Shown piece after piece: positions 60,491 to 64,000 of a DNA stretch of 64,000 nt (positions within the stretch are counted from its first letter, which is position 1; each line of letters begins with the position of its first letter). Made by a program: the position numbers and the translations under genes. Location of the stretch: positions 12,090,001-12,154,000 of the forward strand of contig NC_081331.1 of NCBI RefSeq assembly GCF_022539665.2, given 5' to 3'. The notes beneath the pieces were generated by a model. The model had not been told where the DNA came from, ran no database searches, and saw only the letters and a list, made by a program, of their open reading frames with translations. Source of the stretch: Daphnia carinata. Lineage: Eukaryota.

Positions 60491-63400
60491 TTCTCTCGAC
60501 TGGCAGATCAATACTCGTGTTGATTCGCTCGAGTTGCTCGCTCCAAGTCGTTATACTGCGGCTGCTGCTGGGCCTTTCTTTTTTCTTCTTCTTCTTCTTA
60601 CTGCTATATTGGTTTTTGCTTGATCGGATTCGGCAGCTTTCGATCCGCCCATCACTTCAACCATTGTTGCGCGTCACTTGCCGCTCAATCGACAGCGATC
60701 TGTTTGCTATTCAAGCAACAGCAGCGCACCTCGTTGCTGTCATTCAAAGTGCTTTGTATATAAAGTTCAACAGCAACGTCCATCCTTTCCAAAATGCCTC
60801 GCTGGATAAATGAAAAATCCGCTTTTCCCTCCATTTAGATAGTTACGGTCGTGATGCAGGGCATACACGTTTCACTCGATAGTAGGCTAAAGCCTAGAAC
60901 GCCGAAATGCTGTGCGACTTTAATCAAACACAACTTGATGGCGGATGTGAGGTGTAGATGTTCTCTTTTTTTCATTCTAAATATGATGCGTTACCATAGA
61001 GACGCCGGCTTATATACTTGCAACGAATGTAAGTACCGTGTATACGCAATATAACAAGTGGCACGGTGTTTCAACTTAAGTAGAGGCACATATATGTAGA
61101 CTGGTTAATTATCGTGCCAGAGGTAGACGAGAAATTATATAGCCCATATAAGCTAGGAAACGAATAAAGTTCTTAACAGGCAGCTGCTATTTCTTCCCGT
61201 TAGTATATACAGGGCCGTTAGGGAAGCGAGCTTAAAGATCCATTAAGAAGTCCCGACCGAGAAATTGCGATTCCGCATTTAGGAAACTGTATTGCGAAAG
61301 TTCATATATTCCATTTTCCAATGGATTTAAGACGTGTACTACATCAAATAGGATTTTTGTTTGGAGACTTGTTCGGTATTTTCTCGGACATTGTAATCGG
61401 CATTAAGTTTAACCAATTTATGGCTGACGTATAGTAAAGCACTTGTTCTACGAGTGGGCCGTTAGCTCTCGGGCAACCTCAACAATCAAGGCCTACAAGA
61501 GCGGAAAAGCTATGCTCTAACAATCAAGCTTCTACCTCACATCAGTGTGGGAAGATCTATTGCCTCGAAACGCTGCTTGCAGCTGCAACAGACGGTGGTT
61601 CATCTTATTTCCATTGTACATTTATTAGGTTTTTGTGTTCGTTATTTGTGAACGATAGAACAACCTATTCCAAATCATCACTATGTATGGTTTACTGGCT
61701 CTATGTCAAAGAAACATTTTTTTTTTTTTTTTTTTTTGTTATTACACTGTTTTTCGTTTAGCTTTCGCTTCACGCGTTTGGGAACAGAATGTTCTGCCAA
61801 CTATTTATGACCGGAAAGGGTGATGAGTACGACACTCACGAGAAACGAGAAACGACAACAAAAAAAAGGGGGAAAATAAAAACGATCTAGACATGATATT
61901 AGTGTTTCTTTTCTTGTCTATACGATGCGAGTTAAGCAGCAGCAAGGATGGTGGACCTATCCATCTTTTTCACGTCAGACTTTAACCAGATGGAACTGAC
62001 AGGTCCCATAGAAAATGCGTCTTTCCTTTACCCTTTTTATTTCCTTTCGAGTTGTTCGGCATCCCAATTCATTTGAGATGTTATTTCAGACGATAAGTGC
62101 TGCCCCGCTTCTAAATGTGTATCGAACAACGGCTCCATTTGTAGAGACATCACAGCAGTTGGTTCACTATTGACATCCATACTTCCTAATACAATAGAAC
62201 TAAAATCTGTGTACTGCTTAGCCAATAATCCTCAGCCCCTCTGAACTGGATTTTTAATTCACGTTTAAGATGTTATTATATTTGCGTAGTTATCACTTTG
62301 CGTAGTCTTTTTGTAACACTTTTTCATCACTTGGATGACCAACCACAAAAGGATTTATCCATTTGAAATTTCATGATAGGGACCCAAGTCTGCCACACCA
62401 TGGACGAGCTCTTTCCTAATATAGAAACTCGAACAGTAAACTCGGAACGTGCTTAAATATTTATTCATCTCGCTTGTTGACTACAGCTAAGTATAAACTT
62501 CAATTGTGAATGTTTGGTGGAGAAGCCTATTTTTTTACTGCCTATATGGGAATCGTGCTATCGTCGGTGCAATGCTAAATTGGCTGTAAAACAAATGCGG
62601 AAAAACTGGTTTGAAAAGACGTCAGAGCGGCTCGCGCAAATTGCGAGAAAAAGCGAATAAAAATGATGGGGGACAACAAAAGCGTTTACGTGCTAGCAAT
62701 TTTTAATCAACATTCTATTTTCTGAACATATACTCCCCTTTTTCCTTTTTTAGCGTCATATTCATCTTGTTCGGCGTTTATTTTTTGTTTAAGGGTTTTG
62801 ATAGGCTCTGCCTATTTCGGCGATAAAGGCTGATTGATCGCCATGCTTATCAGTATCCCTCATATGTCCCGATACTCTCTATACCGGACAGTATTGTCCA
62901 AAGGCAGCGATATTGATTTGATTATCGAATTATACCATATAGATAGTTTCGCTACTTACGTGACTTCTACATCTGTATAAAGTTCTGTCAGCCTATCTAC
63001 GATCCCGCAGTAGTTATTTACATTCAAACATCATGTACTTGACTATATTGAAACACAATGTATCAGTATAAGCAATGTACACAACATGGAAGTATAGATT
63101 TATTTATATTTTCCCTTGCAAAGGTCACCTATCAAAATCGGTGACTTTCTTTCCAATTCCGTGAGAGTCGCGGTTTCGTAGTTCTATTGTGCGATGCGAG
63201 TGAACGCGCAGTTGTCAAACAAATCAACTTGATTGGTTGTAGAATTCCATTTTGAATCCGCATCTAAAACTGTTCTCCATTCTAACGTATACAAGCCCTG
63301 AGAAAGTGTGGGCTTCGTTACTGTATATGAATAATCATTTGGTGGACAAAATTATGTTAGCTTGACATTATACCAATAGCTTATTAGTCCCGCGTTTAAT

Positions 63401-64000
63401 GGCCGTCGACTTAAGGCTGTCTGTTAGATACATCACAATTTCAGTGCTGGTATATTTTAGAAAATTATGTTTGAGGTTGCAGTTGGCACAGTTGCTTTCA
63501 TCTAAGCTGACAGCAGCTCTGACGTCATTCTTCCTCGTCTACGCAATCGAGACGCTTTTGCAAGTTGAAAAGGTCTCCTACTGTATTTTGTGGCGACAAA
63601 CTTGCCAATCGACGAGCTGCTGGAAGTTGGTTTAAGCCAGTGACGGAAATCTTTCAGTAAATGGATAAACATCTGAAGCAACGTCTGTTGCTATAGCCGT
63701 TCGAAAAGAATTTTGACAATGTTTTAACATTATGAGTCCACTAAACATCTTAATATTTTGTTATGATACTATTATGTTATGTACTAATCCTCTGTATTCG
63801 TATAATCCGGAGACTGTATAATTATTCAGAATAAGCTGATTCGGTCTAACCCAAACAACTCATTTTGACGGTGTAATCCGGTGTGTAGGCTACAGCCCTT
63901 GAGCACAGATGTAAAAAATGTTTCAATTATTCAGTCTGATTAAGTTCAACAGTATGTTGTCATACCCAGAGGACACAAAGCTGACTTCCGATATTTGTAT

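Noticed and set aside
62037..62225. Protein-like 62-aa minus-strand ORF (AKQYTDFSSIVLGSMDVNSEP...)
   Set aside because: In-frame stop just upstream, TTG start and no family recognised; too little to call.
1..64000. Most of the 60-160 aa ORFs in the supplied track
   Set aside because: They are F/K/L-rich translations of poly-T/A runs or microsatellites, often start at TTG/GTG, and show no domain or splice support.

Overview
Eukaryotic, AT-rich genomic DNA with many poly-A/T runs and very short GT-AG introns (mostly about 65-200 bp). This style suggests a cladoceran crustacean such as Daphnia, which is an inference from sequence style only. Supported content: (1) the first coding exon of a neuroligin on the minus strand (10613-11081), followed by an intron of more than 10.6 kb that runs off the window start; (2) a complete FNDC3/miles-to-go-type gene on the minus strand, which I reconstructed by hand as 16 coding exons (35182 to 21114; 5373 nt, 1790 aa) with every junction GT-AG and phase-consistent, encoding a Q/H/P/G-rich N-terminus, nine FN3 domains and a C-terminal tail anchor; (3) a ~1.25-kb foldback-like non-autonomous element between the two genes; (4) a GAGA/YY1-motif promoter region near 37.0-37.3 kb; (5) an unidentified plus-strand coding exon at about 51.9-52.3 kb inside ~27 kb of otherwise non-coding DNA, plus decayed coding relics. 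I found no rRNA, tRNA, CRISPR array or prokaryotic system, and no convincing evidence of a wholly new biological system. The best leads are a possible splice switch removing the FNDC3 membrane anchor, the modular foldback element and the orphan exon.
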